A DNA stretch of 64,000 nucleotides from Mobula hypostoma (lineage: Eukaryota), in NCBI RefSeq assembly GCF_963921235.1, contig NC_086097.1:225434001-225498000 (forward strand), written 5' to 3'. Shown piece by piece: positions 25,128 through 37,600 of this stretch. The translations under genes and the position numbers were made by a program. The number at the start of each line of letters is the position of its first letter. Within the stretch, counting starts at the first letter, position 1. A model generated the notes under the pieces. That model was not told the DNA's origin, made no database searches, and saw only the letters and a list, made by a program, of their open reading frames with translations.

Positions 25128-26310
25128 CAGCAGTCCCCAACCATCGGGCCGCGGACCGGTACCGGGCATGCAGCATGTGCTACCGGGCCGCGAGGAAATA
25201 ATATAAGAGTCAGCTGCACCTTTCCTCATTCCCTGTCACGCTCTCTGTTGAGCTTGAACGCACGCGAGGTTATTACCCACGCATCATCCATGTCAGCGCG
25301 GGAAGGAGATCAACTCCTGGAGCTTGCAGATAACAGCCGGCTGAAAAGTATGTTTGACATAACATCTCTGCCAGCATTCTGGATCAAAGTCAAGGCTAAA
25401 CATCCTGTGATAGCTGCGAAAGCACTGAAAATGTTGCTTCCATTTCCAACATATCTCTGCAATGAATGCAACGAGAACTAAACTGCGGAGTAGACAAGAC
25501 ATAAGGAACCCACTTCGCGTATCGCTGTCTCCCATTACCCCTCGAAAGGACCGTGTTGTTGCAGGAAAGCAAGCCCAGGGCTCCCACTGATTCAGCGATA
25601 TTGGTGCGTTGCAGTCATTTTATATGTTCATACGGGGAAAATATGTGCTGTGTGTTTAATAGCCAAACGTTACTCAAAATGTTATGATGCTATTGACTTA
25701 CTTATATAACCATATAACAATTACAGCATGGAAACAGGCCACCTCTGCCCTTCCAGTCCATGCCGAACACTACTCTCATCTAGTCCCACCGACCTGCACT
25801 CAGCCCATAACCCTGCATTCCTTTCCTGTCCATATACCTATCCAATTTTTCTTTAAATGATAATATCGAACCTGCCTATACCACTTCTACTGGAAGTTCG
25901 TTCAAAACTTACTTCAAGCTCCCCTGATAATTGACTTATCACTATATTCATGCGAGGAAAATATGCGCTGTGTGTTTAATATGAAGCTCGTTAGATAAAC
26001 CCTTTTAGAAATGAAATTGAGTGTACTAGCTAATTATCATCTATATTCCGGTCGTGATTAACACCACCCGCGGAACAGAATCGCCAAAAACGATTTGTAG
26101 AAAGAAACATCGGCACGTACACGCATGTGCACTGGTGCCCACACAAGACTTCATGGTAATTGTAGTCTTTCTCGGGGTAAACACAACGTATTTGACTGCT
26201 ACTCTTGTCCGTTGGCAACCCTACCCTCCCCCCACCCCGGGTCGGCCGGTCCGCAAGAATATTGTCAATATTAAACCGGTCTGCAGTGCAAAAAAGGTTG
26301 GGGACCCCTG
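25128..26310 (+). mobile_element. Non-autonomous hAT (Charlie/MER1-like) DNA transposon
   Basis: TIRs cagcagtccccaacc / ggttggggacccctg; perfect 8-bp TSD CATTATAC; transposase C-terminal remnant FWIKVKAKHPVIAAKALKMLLPFPTYLC. Confidence 0.95.
25704..25906 (-). mobile_element. CR1 3' fragment nested in the hAT element
   Basis: CR1 3' UTR motifs flanked by an ACTTACTT direct repeat (25696-25703, 25907-25914). Confidence 0.75.
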
Positions 26311-26589
26311 CATTATACACCCTTGAGATTCATCTCTTTACAGGCAGCCACGAAACAAAGAAATCTCAAAAGAACCCCTCAAAAAAAAGACTGTCAAACA
26401 CAATGGGGGATGGGGATGGGGGGACAGGGGGGTGTGACCGGGGTGGGGGGGGGGCAAACATGCAGGCAATGCAAGTAAGTGAATAGCATTCAGAACTGAA
26501 GTTTTTACTAAAGGCACAAAGCCAGAAATCACTGCAGCTGGGGGACAGCAAGCAACAACCACAGTTTATTGAAAAGCTGAGTAAACATT

Positions 26590-27245
26590 ATTAGATTATG
26601 AGAACACTCAGTCCTCCTTTATTGTCATTTAGAAATGCATGCATGCATTAAGAAATGACACAATGTTCCTCCAGAGTGATATCACAGAAAAACAGGACAA
26701 ACCAAAGAGTAACACTGACAGAACCACATAATTATAACATATAGTTACAGCAGTGCAAAGCAATACCATAATTTGATAAAGTACAGACCATGGGTACGGT
26801 AAAAAGAAGTCTCAAAGTCCTGATCGACTCCTGAGTCCCCGATAGCAGGCGGCAAAGGGAGAAACTCCCTGCCATAGACCTCCAGGCACCGATAACTGCC
26901 GATGCATTGGAAGCACCCGACCACAGCCGAAACTGAGTCTGTCCCTCCGGAAACTTCGAGCCTCCGACCAGCCCCTTCAATACAGCCTCCTGAGTGCCAT
27001 CCTTTGCCGAGCGCCTTCGACCTCGTCCCGGCCGCCAAAACAAGCAAAGCCGAGGATTCGGGGCCTTCTCCTCCAGAGATTCCGGCTACCACACAGTAGC
27101 AGCGGCAGCGAAGCGGACATTTCAGAAGTTTCTCCAGATGTTCCTCTGTACTGTCACGTCTGTCTCCAGCAAATGAGAATTGTGCACAGTCCCCTACTTG
27201 ACACATAACAAATATCATTCACCGGAGTGGACACGCGCATTGCGG
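26590..27245 (-). mobile_element. Non-autonomous retroposon (GC/CpG-rich head with LINE-like 3' tail)
   Basis: The element strand ends ...gcatttctaaatgacaataaa; the body is CpG-rich with no recognisable ORF. Confidence 0.5.
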
Positions 27246-27703
27246 TGACCACAGTACGAGACCACGGGCGCAAAGCCAGGCATCACTATAGCCAGCACTG
27301 CAGTTCAGCATAGAACTGAGTAATGTCATGAGTAGAACTGGCCTTCACCTCATCTCCAGTCCCGGCACCCTGACCTTTTCAATTTGACCTATCCAATATT
27401 ATATAAATTATAATCTTCCGTTTGGCATTGGTTAGAGAAAAAATATGGAGGAAGTCATTTGAAACCAGTGAGAAAGTGTTGGTTGTACACTACATGTTTT
27501 ATAAACTTCGTTAATTCAACTTGCCTGTGTATATTTTTTCTCAAAGCTATAAAAACGTATGAGATTTAACTATCTGCCGACTTACCATCCATGAATCTGA
27601 GTATTTTCAAGTCAGGCTATGTAATACAGGGATGTTAGTAAATATAGTGCATTCCTAGAGTGCTACCCTCGCATCTCCAGTGAATCCTTTTTGCCGTGAA
27701 AAG

Positions 27704-28280
27704 TGTTGCAGCGTGGATGAAATCATTGGAGAGACAGACTCACTGGTAGATACAAAACAGCTTCTTTATTCGACACAATAAGGTACAGCAGGCACCATAT
27801 GGACGGAGACGCTTTCGGTAGAAAGGTCTGCTAGCCCAATGTGGGCTTGATATTTATATGCTAAACACAAAGGCAATCGCCACTTAAAAAGTTATAGACA
27901 ATGCAGAGACAATGCTCCCTATTGAAGCTACATACAAAATATCACACCACCTAACTCCATCCTTTCCTTCCGACGCCAACATGTCTGGGTTGGTATCCAC
28001 AGCCTTTAGGAATGCAATTAAATCCACAATACATTTATTTGGCATTTTACGTGCTAAATTGAAGACAATTAATATTTATAATGTATAGATAATACTGTCT
28101 TTGAAACTACAGCATCAGGTCAAACTACGGCACCAGAAGCATCTGGTATTCGCATTGTTTTGGGAAGCGCATTGTTGTGTATTCAATCCACGGTACTTTG
28201 TCAAATAGTCAAATAGAAGCCTGGTGGCCAAAGTCATTTAAAGTGTAAACAAATCATCTACCCAGAAAAACTCACTAACA
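27704..28280 (-). mobile_element. Probable solo LTR
   Basis: TGTT...AACA ends; minus-strand TATA-like box then AATAAA; internal imperfect repeats. The TSD is ambiguous (AAGTG overlaps the ends). Confidence 0.6.
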
Positions 28281-31169
28281 AGTGCATTTTATATCTTTTT
28301 CTGGCAAGTAGTGAGATAGAAATCATCGATGTACTAGAGCCAGGGTCAGGGTCAGGGCTAGGAACGCCAGAGGTCAGGAATGTGGGAAAGTTGTTATAGC
28401 AAGCTGAAACTTATATGGAAGTTGTTAAAATGGGGGTGGGGTGGTGGGGAAATCGATCGTTGGTGAGATTGCAGTATCATTGTCATTTCCAGCAATGGTG
28501 GTATCGGTGCTTTCTCATTATCTGTGGAAAGTCTGTGCCTTTATTCCTCATGAATAACAAGGACTTATTGTATACAGTTAAACACTAATCAAGGTAACTT
28601 ACGTTACCTTGCCCCAATGGAAGATGCCAGTAAGCAGAAAGGATTTGCTAATAATTTCTGGTTAATTTTAGAATAGTGTGACAATAAAATTTACACAATG
28701 TATAGCACTGTACTTTACTAGAATCTGAACATATAAATATTGTACTTCAGATTAACGTAATGGAGTCATTTTTCCAATTATGTTCCTGTCAATTACTGGT
28801 AAATTTCCCATCTAAATCAACCAGTCATCTCTGTTTACATAGGCTTGCTGGGGAATGGGACTGTCAGTACGTAGATTACTACATTAAAATGTAAATGGAT
28901 TTTAAGAGAAAAATGATTTGAATGAAGCACAGTAATTGGAAAAAAATTAAAATTGAAGTAATGATATACTAACTTTAAAAATAATGAATATGTAGTGAGA
29001 TTCTCTTTTCAAAATTATTGTTTCTCTATCTTTGTTGGCTGACATATTTACTATAGAGTCAAATCAACACACAGAAACAGGATACAGGCAATGTCCTACG
29101 GAGAGAAGATGCATCCCTTCCTATCAGCCTTTCTTCCTCTTCCATTCATATGGAACAGTGTGGGCGAGCATTCACTTAATATCATGGGTTCTGGTCTTAC
29201 TTTAATGTGTAACTGGATATTATTTAAAATGTTGCCTAAAAATATGACTCCCTTTTCTTTGGCACAGTTTCATTCAAGGTGTCTCTGCTGTCTAGCCAGA
29301 CTGCCGGCTGCTTCTATAACAGTAATACCTGTATCCACTCAATCTGTGCTATGTCTATAGTTACCATTGTGGGCACTAGAATTTTCTACATTCCTGAGAA
29401 TTCTAAATTCAAGTCAAATTGTGCAGTTTGAGGCCCAAAGGAGTTTAGCTCATATAGCAGTTAATACATTTGGTATAGAAAAGAGTTCCACAGAGAAAAC
29501 CAAGCAAGTTCAATAAACTGGCAGCTCATCAAAGACAAAGCTCAGTAAAGAGACTACCATGACAGCAAATGGGTCAGGTTATAAGGAGGCATTTGGCAGA
29601 ACAAAGCCCAAGTGACTGATAAGTGCAGAGCCAAGTACCTTTCTCTCTCCCTCATGCCAGCATTTCAAGCAGGAAGAGAGAGTTAAGTAGCAGCAGATAA
29701 CAGGACAAGCAGTCAAAAGGCATGCCATGAAATTAATATGGGAAGATTTAATGATGAACCCAAGTTCAAAGAGGTTGGGGCAACAAAATTTTCAACAGTG
29801 AAAGACTCTCATAAATCATACCCTGAACAAAATGCAGTCTAACATAATAACCTCAAAATAGAGTCTGTCAGAATTACCATTGCACTGCTGGCTTGCATTG
29901 TACTCAAGGTAACAAATCTAGGCCTGGATTTTAACTGCCAGCAGGAAACTGAACTGGGAAATTAATTTCCTGCAGCCCAAGTATGAGACCCATCCGATTT
30001 TAATGTCTCTATTAATCATATCAGACGTCTTCCCACCCATTTCAGTCAGGAATTGGAGTGAACTCACTGAAAGTTACATATCTCGATGGCACCTGCTTGC
30101 AAGGATTGTCATGCTGGACTTCACGGTGAGGATATATGAACTCTACTTGATGAAGTCAGAGCAGCAATCTTTGCCTTCCTGGCCTCATGGGGAATGAAGT
30201 TACTGTCTGGAAATTGGATTTAATTTTTAGTGTTCATACTTTAAAAAATGCTGCATTTAGCGTTAAATCAGGTTGCTTGCAAAATAAAAATTGCAATATT
30301 GGCCAAAATTCAGTAGTAAATAGAAAATAGCGGTGGGGGGTAGGGGGGTTTACACTGAGAAACTACTATCATGGGACCAATACAACTCCTAAAGTCACCT
30401 CACTGTGGCGTTCCCAAAACTTTGGCACCGAGGTGCTAGGACACTCACAGGGTCCACTTTAAGGTGTTGATAACAGAGGTCTCATCCAAGATAGTGGAAC
30501 AACGTGGAAAGAAATTTCACGTCCTCAGAAGCTATACAGTATAAATATCATGCAAGATAAGCTGTTCACTGTATCTTAGTTCTTATGACAATAACAACCC
30601 AATACAAATACCAATATATCTGGTCAGCATATCAAGAAGCAAAGTGGAAAACCTGACAGGAAGCTACTTTTTATGTAGAGGACAGAATTCTTGAAGTGAG
30701 CTGCCACTCATGTCAGAATTAATGAATTCAGAGATAACGTGGAATGTTATTTAAGTAATCAGAACAAGGATTCAATCATTCATTTGTAATAATGTAGAGA
30801 ATTTGCAAGGCAGGGTAAGAGGTTGTTCCATACATCTGGATTCCCGCCCCCTTTGTTGCTGCATCATGTTGGTAGTTACAATTGGATCGTGCAGAGAGTC
30901 ACTTGGTTTGCACTCGGGACTAAGAGCTTGGAGGCTCATTGGGAGAATTGTCTTTCTCTTGCTCTCAGGGGATTTCATTACAACGCACACCAGCAATCCC
31001 TTCCTCCTTCACACAGCTAGGAAGGGAAGCTATGGATGGTCATCAGGGTGATCCACAACTGCCTCCTTCACTAACCGGAGTGGGGACAGTTGTGGAGCAG
31101 CAGGGGAACGTTTACTTCACTCTTCTTCCCTCTGCTGCTCCTCAGTTTCTGCATCCAGTTCCTCCTGCT

Positions 31170-32570
31170 ACGACTTGCAGCCGACTGAAAAACTTGAGCA
31201 TGTGGATATTAAGAAAGAAGCTGTGCTGGAGATTTTGGAAAGCATCAAGTTGGATAAGACACTGGGACTGGATGAGATGTACCCCAGGCTACTGAGGAAG
31301 GTGAGGGAGGAGATTGCTGAGATTCTGGCGATGATCTTTGCATCATCATTGGGGTTGGGAGAAGTTCCGGAGGATTGGAGGGTTGCAGATGTTGTTCCAT
31401 TATTTAAGAAAAGGAGAATAAATAGGCCAGGAAATTATAGACCAATGAGTCATACTTCAGTGGTTGGTAAGTTGATGAAGATGATCCTGAGAGGTAGGAT
31501 TTATGAACATTTGGAGAGGTATAATAAGATTAGGAATAGTCAGCATGGCTTTGTGAAAGGCAGATTGTGCCTTACGAGCCTGATTGAATTTTTTGAGGAT
31601 GTGACAAAATACATTGATGAAGGTAGAGCAGTAGATGTAGTGTATATGGATTTCAGCAGAGTAAGGAGGCATGGGATCCAAGGGGAGTTGCTTTGTGAAT
31701 CCAGAACTGGCTTGCCCACAGAACACAGAAGGCAAAGAGTGGTTGTAGATGGGTCACATTCTGCATGGAGGCCGGTGACCAGTGGTGTGCCTCAGTGATC
31801 TGTTCTGGGACCCCTGCTCTTCATAATTGTTATAAATGACCTGGATGAGGAAGTGGAGGGATGGGTTAGTAAATTTGCTGATGACACAAAGGTTGGGGGT
31901 GTTGTGGCTAGTGTGGAGGGCTGTCCGAGGTTACAGCAGGACATTGATAGGATGTAAAACTGGGCTGAGAAGTGGCAGATGGAGTTCAACCCAGATAAGT
32001 GTGAAGTAGTTCATTTTGGTTGGTCAAATATGATGGCAGAATATAGTATTAATGGTAAGACTCTTGGAAGTGTGGAGGATCAGAGGGATCTTGGGGTCCA
32101 AGTCCATAGGGCACTCAAAGCTGCTGTGCAGGTGACTCTGTGGTCAAGAAAGCATACAGTGCATTGGCCTTCGTCAATTGTGGGATTGAGTTTAAGAGCC
32201 AAGAGGTAATGTTGCAACTATATTGCACCCCGGTCAGACCCTGCTTGGAGTACTGTGTTCAGTTCTGATCACCTCACTATAGGAAGGATGTGGAAACCAT
32301 AGAAAGGGTGCAGTGGAGATTTACAAGGATGTTGCCTGGATTTGGGAGCATGCCTTATGAGAACAGATTGAGTGAACTCGGCCTTTTCTCCTTGGAGCGA
32401 CAGAGGATGAGAGGCAACCTGATAGAGGTGTATAAGATGATAAGAGGCCTTAATTGTGTGGATAGTCAGATGCTTTTTTCCAGGGCTGCAATGGCTAGCT
32501 CGAGAGGGCACAGTTTTAAGGTGCTTGGAAGTAGGTACAGAGGAGATGTCAGGGGCAAGTTTGTTTGTTT
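31170..32570 (+). mobile_element. CR1 RT region lacking its 3' UTR
   Basis: PEDWRVADVVPLFKK, QHGFVKGRLCLTSLIEFF, FADD. Confidence 0.9.
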
Positions 32571-32574
32571 TTTT

Positions 32575-32892
32575 CTGGTAGGAGACAGAGGCCTGAAGGC
32601 ACTCACTCAGCGATTCAGGAACAGCTTCTTCCCCTCTGCCATCCGATTCCTGAACGGACATGGAAGTTTTCAACACTACCTCACTTTTTTTTAAATATAC
32701 AGAACTTCGGTTTTTGCACATTTAAAAAAATATATTCAATATACATAATTGATTTACTTGTTTATTTATTGTTTTATTTTATTTATTTATTTTTTCTCTC
32801 TCTGCTAGATTATGTTTTGCAGTGAACTGTTGCTGCTAAGTTAACAAATTTCACGTCACATGCCGGTGATAATAATCCTGATTCTGATTCTC
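32575..32892 (+). mobile_element. Rex-type LINE 3' end
   Basis: TQRFRNSFFPSAIRFLN; CTGATT-repeat tail. Confidence 0.8.
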
Positions 32893-32984
32893 TCTGATGT
32901 AGCACCTAGCAGCAAATTGAGAGACATGGTGAGAAAGCTGAGGGTGATCATAACCTTCATCTTCATGGACGGAATAGTTCCGAA

Positions 32985-33160
32985 CACGAGTAACACATAC
33001 CAAATGCTGGTGGAGCTCAGTGAGTCAGCAGCATCAATGGAGAGAACTAAATAGTCAACATTTCAGGACAAGATCCTTCATTATTCCTGAAACATCAACT
33101 GCTTACTTCAATTTATAGATGCTGCTTGACTTGCTAACATCTGTAGAATCTCGTGTTTAC
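32985..33160. mobile_element. Degenerate Penelope fold-back insert
   Basis: Inverted pseudo-LTR arms around cttcattattcctgaaacatcaact. Confidence 0.55.
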
Positions 33161-33606
33161 AATCTTGTCATGAACTTGTGGCTAGAAGTCTTCCACTGAA
33201 TATTATGTGCCCTTTTGATGACAGACTTGGAAAACCTGAAACCATGAATGAACGGTTCATTATAGATATCCAGGTGAAAGATGCTCTGGAATTATGTTTA
33301 CTGCTGTTGGCCTTCTCTTTATAACCTGCTTCAAAGACTCATTGCCATTGCTTCCACCGTATTGCTGTGGAGGCACTCATGGAAGGAGAAATCCAAAGCA
33401 AACACTCCCTGCTCTGTGGACAGTGCATTGAAGTAGTCTGAATTTGGTTGTGAAGGAACCCAGTCTGTTCTCCAGAAGTCAGCAGGATATCTGTTAGTAA
33501 AGAATAACAAAGAATCACGATACTGTGATGGCTTCACAACAGGCAGGGTGAGGAGCTTTGCCTTTGATATATGTTGATGTAGAAAACAATGTATCTTGCA
33601 CTAGTA

Positions 33607-33745
33607 AACAACAGGAATTCTGCAGATGCTGGAAATTCAAGCAACATACATCAAAGTTGCTGGTGAACGCAGCAGGCCAAGCAGCATCTGTAGGAAGAGG
33701 TACAGTCGACGTTTCAGGCCGAGACCAAGTCCTGACGAAGGGCCT
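33607..33745. mobile_element. Penelope pseudo-LTR insert, same subfamily as 23907
   Basis: Near-identical left arm, then an inverted restart at agtcCTGACGAaggg. Confidence 0.8.
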
Positions 33746-35186
33746 CTAGCTAAAATGGAACTTTGGTGGTTAGCACCTAATAAATAGGCAACAGGCAATC
33801 TAATTTATTTTTTTTATTATATATAAAGTTTTCCCGCTCGATTTTCTCTAGTCTTGATCCTTTCCATATTTGGTCTGAGCAGAAGAAAACTTAAGGGTAT
33901 CTGTCAAGAAAATATTGGTTCCCAGTGCTAAATCTGCCAATGGACTTAACATGGTTATGTTAAAGAGTATTGTTGTAGACATGCTCTTTGAGGCTCCTGG
34001 GCCTAGTTAGCAGGATGGGCAATTTTAAAGTCAGCTTCCATCAGGAACAAAGCAAAGCAGCAGCTCACGTCAACATAGAATATTTAATTATTTTTTATTT
34101 ATTTCAAAATATACTTTATTCAAAAATAAAATTATGTACAATAAGCCATTCAATGACTCTCAATCCTTTACAGAAGTTTCTATTATGGGCTTTACATTTC
34201 CAGTTTTAGCCACCCAAGTGGCACTCTGTTGTTTCATAGCATATTTAATGCCGTAAAACTGTAGATACTTAAGGGTTAAAAATATTCTAGTTTTGCCTCT
34301 AAAGCCATGGTTTACCTCAGTTATATCACCAAACACTCGAGGCCTGTCAAGAGTGAGAGCATCCGTTATCATCGTGCTTCAAATACAATAGAATAATATC
34401 ACAAGTAGCCATTCTGAAAATGTTCCCATCCACTAACAAATTTAATTTAAAAAAAACTCGTGGGTTTAATTTGTTTACATGCTCATTAATATTCTGGTAT
34501 AAATTATATTAACTCAATGCTTACTCACTCTAATTTTACTTCACACTCCGGTTGCTCTGCATAATGTAGAGACCTGGTCTTACTGGCCAGGAATTACGTG
34601 AAGGCGCATAATCCTTTTAGGAAACATAAATGATCCATTCCATCAATAACAATTACAGCATAGAGTGAAGATTATGAAGTATCCAAGCTTCACTGAAAAT
34701 GACCAGTACATATTCATCTTCCTCCTTTGACACCAAGAATGAGGAATTTGAGCTTCTATCATGATAATGACTGTTTAAATTGAAGTAGCTCATAATTGAT
34801 CTGAAGTCTTCCTTTATAGATTAATTTGTATGAACTCATCTAATGTTGATAAATGTGTGTTTCTCAGAAAAAAAAACTCCTCTTAACTCAACTAATGTTC
34901 TTTTCATTGGTCAAAGTATACTATTTATGTAGGTACTTCCATCAACATTTCGGAGGTTAGTAGAAGTTAACCTTGAAGTCTTTGAGATTTGAACTTGGTT
35001 TCTGTTGATCTGAATGTCAGTACATATATTATACACACACACACACGCCTAGAGGAAGATTAATATGAAGAAATGGCATACTGCAACTTGATGGGGTTAT
35101 TCTAAATATAACATTGTATTTTATGCTGAATTTCAAATATATAATTGTATAAAGTAGACCAAACTAGTCAGGATAAGGAAACCTCA

Positions 35187-35370
35187 GCAACAAACAAAAT
35201 GCTGGAGGAAATCAGTAGGCCTGATAGCATCTATGGAATAAAGTACAGTCAACACCTCGGCCTAAAATGTCAACAGTACTTTTTTCCATAGATGCTGCCT
35301 GGCCTGCTGAGTTCTTCCAGCATTTTGTGTGTGCTGCTTGGATCTCCTGCATCTGCAGATTTTCTTGTTT
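35187..35370. mobile_element. Penelope-like fold-back insert
   Basis: Inverted arms; TSD gataaggaaacctca (35172-35186) / gataagaaaacctca (35371-35385). Confidence 0.8.
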
Positions 35371-36739
35371 GATAAGAAAACCTCATACTATTCACTGTAA
35401 AAATAAAATCAGCTGCCATTTTTGTTTAATATCCAGATAACTGACTCATTTTGTCAATATAAATATTTAAATAAATGCTGCATGATGTACTCATATTTTT
35501 CTCTTAAGATTTTCAGTAACTTTATTGGTTGATCACTATATCATCACCAATAGAAAGTGAGTTATTAAGATTTGATGTGGTTATGGACTATTTTCTTTAA
35601 AGACTTTTTTTAAACTATACATGGAAATTAACATCCCAATATTACTATCCATTCTCTGTCTCTCCTAGTCAATTACTTGTTTATTGACCTGTTGCCATAC
35701 TTACTGCTGATACTGAGATACATCCAAGGATGCACTGGGACATATCAGTGATGCAATCTGGGGCCATTGGGTGATTCGGGTCTTTCAACATCAGACACTC
35801 TCACCTAGGTAGCCCAGCCAGAGGTGATCAGCCCCTGGCTTGTGTCCCAGCAGCATTGATCCATGGGTCACACCTCTTGATCCAAAGCCAACTGGATGTT
35901 TGCTCAGCAGCCTGTGATAGTCCTGATGGCTTTTTTTTTGCAGCCTCTGAAATGCAAAGGGCGTTGGTTTTGCACAGTGAACACAGTAAAACCTCTATAC
36001 CTCACCTCTGTAGGCTTACATAGAGCCCTTCACTCCTGTATCTAACACAGCTCTACCAGCTCCTGGTAGTTGGCTTTCCTACATTCCAATGCCTCCTCAA
36101 TCTGGTGTAATCACACTTGTCTAAAGTACTACAAGGAGCAGCAAACACAAAATGGAGGAATTCAGCAGGTTAGACAGCACTCAAGGAGGGAAATGAACAC
36201 GAGTTTCAGCCTGAGATGTTTCATTAGGACTAGTCAGGAATGGCTCCAGATTGCCAGCATCTCCAGTCTCTCTTGTGTCTCCAAACACAATAGGGAGTCC
36301 CCATCTTGTGAAGGAAAATAAGGATCAGTGGAAGGATCCAAAGCAAGTCATTTTGAATTAAAAACAAAATAACTATGATGTGATAGAAATCTAAAGTAGA
36401 ACTTTGGAAATACCGAGCAGTCAAGCACTATGCATGGAGAGAAAAACAAACATTTCAGATCAATAACTTGTCTAAGGTCATCAGCCTGAAATGTTGATTC
36501 CATTTCTCTCTACATAGCTGCTGTTCATCAAGCATTTTTTTTTTAAACATTTTGTTTGAAATGAACCAGGGATATTCTACAAGACCTGCTCATTATTAAT
36601 GTTTAAAGCATGCAGGGGTGCACAACTTGACAGGACAGAGGTTATATTTCTCAATGTTACCAGTAACTGAAACATGGCTTACTACAAAGCGATCCTACAA
36701 AGAGAACATTTTATAAATTATTGTGGTTTTCTTGGCATA

Positions 36740-37600
36740 AGAGTCGACATTGTTGGTAGAATCTCAGGTGGTGACGGGAGGGCGTACAAGAGTGAGATAT
36801 GCCAATGAGTGGAGTGCTGCCAGCAACAATCCAGCACTCAACATCAGTAAGACGAAAGTGCTGATTGTGGACTTCAGGAAGGGTAGGACAAAGGAACACA
36901 AACCAATCCTCAGAGGGATCAGAAGTGAAGAGAGTGAATAGCTTCAAGTTCCTGGATATCAAGATCTCTGAGGATCTAACCTGGTCCCAACATATCAATG
37001 TAGTTATAAAAAAGGCAAGACAGTGGCTATACTTTATTAGGAGTTTGGAGAGATTTGGCATGTCAACAAATACACTCGAAAACTTCTATAGTTGTACCAT
37101 GGAAAGCATTCAGAACAGCTGGTCCAAAAGAAGCTGCAGAGGGTTGTAAATCTAGTCAGCTCCATCTTGGGTGCTAGCCTACAAAGTACCCAGCACATCT
37201 TTAGGGAGCGGTATCTCAGAAAGGCAGCGTCCATTATTAAGGACCTCCAGCACCCAGGGCATGCCCTTTTCTCACTGTTACCATCAGGTAGGAGATACAG
37301 AAGCCTGAAGGCACACACTCAGCGATTCAGGAACAGCTTCTTCCCCTCTGCCATCCGATGCCCAAATGGTCATTGAAGCTTTGGACACTACCTCACTTTT
37401 TAAAAAAAAATATACAGTATGTCTGTTTTTGCACTTTTTGAAAAAATCTATTCAATATATGTAATTGATTTACTTATTCATTATTAAAATTTTATTTATT
37501 TTTTTCTCTGTTCGATTATGTATTGCATTGAACTGCTGCTGCTAAGTTAACAAATTTCAAGTCACATGCTGGTGATAATAAACCTGATTCTAATTCTGAT
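36740..37600 (+). mobile_element. Rex1/Babar-type LINE 3' portion
   Basis: LNISKTKVLIVDFRK, FKFLD, KKARQWLYFIR, TQRFRNSFFP; CTGATT-repeat tail. Confidence 0.85.

Noticed and set aside
33331..33537. Minus-strand ORF following a ctaacAG acceptor-like site
   Set aside because: All frames stop soon after and no protein family was recognised.
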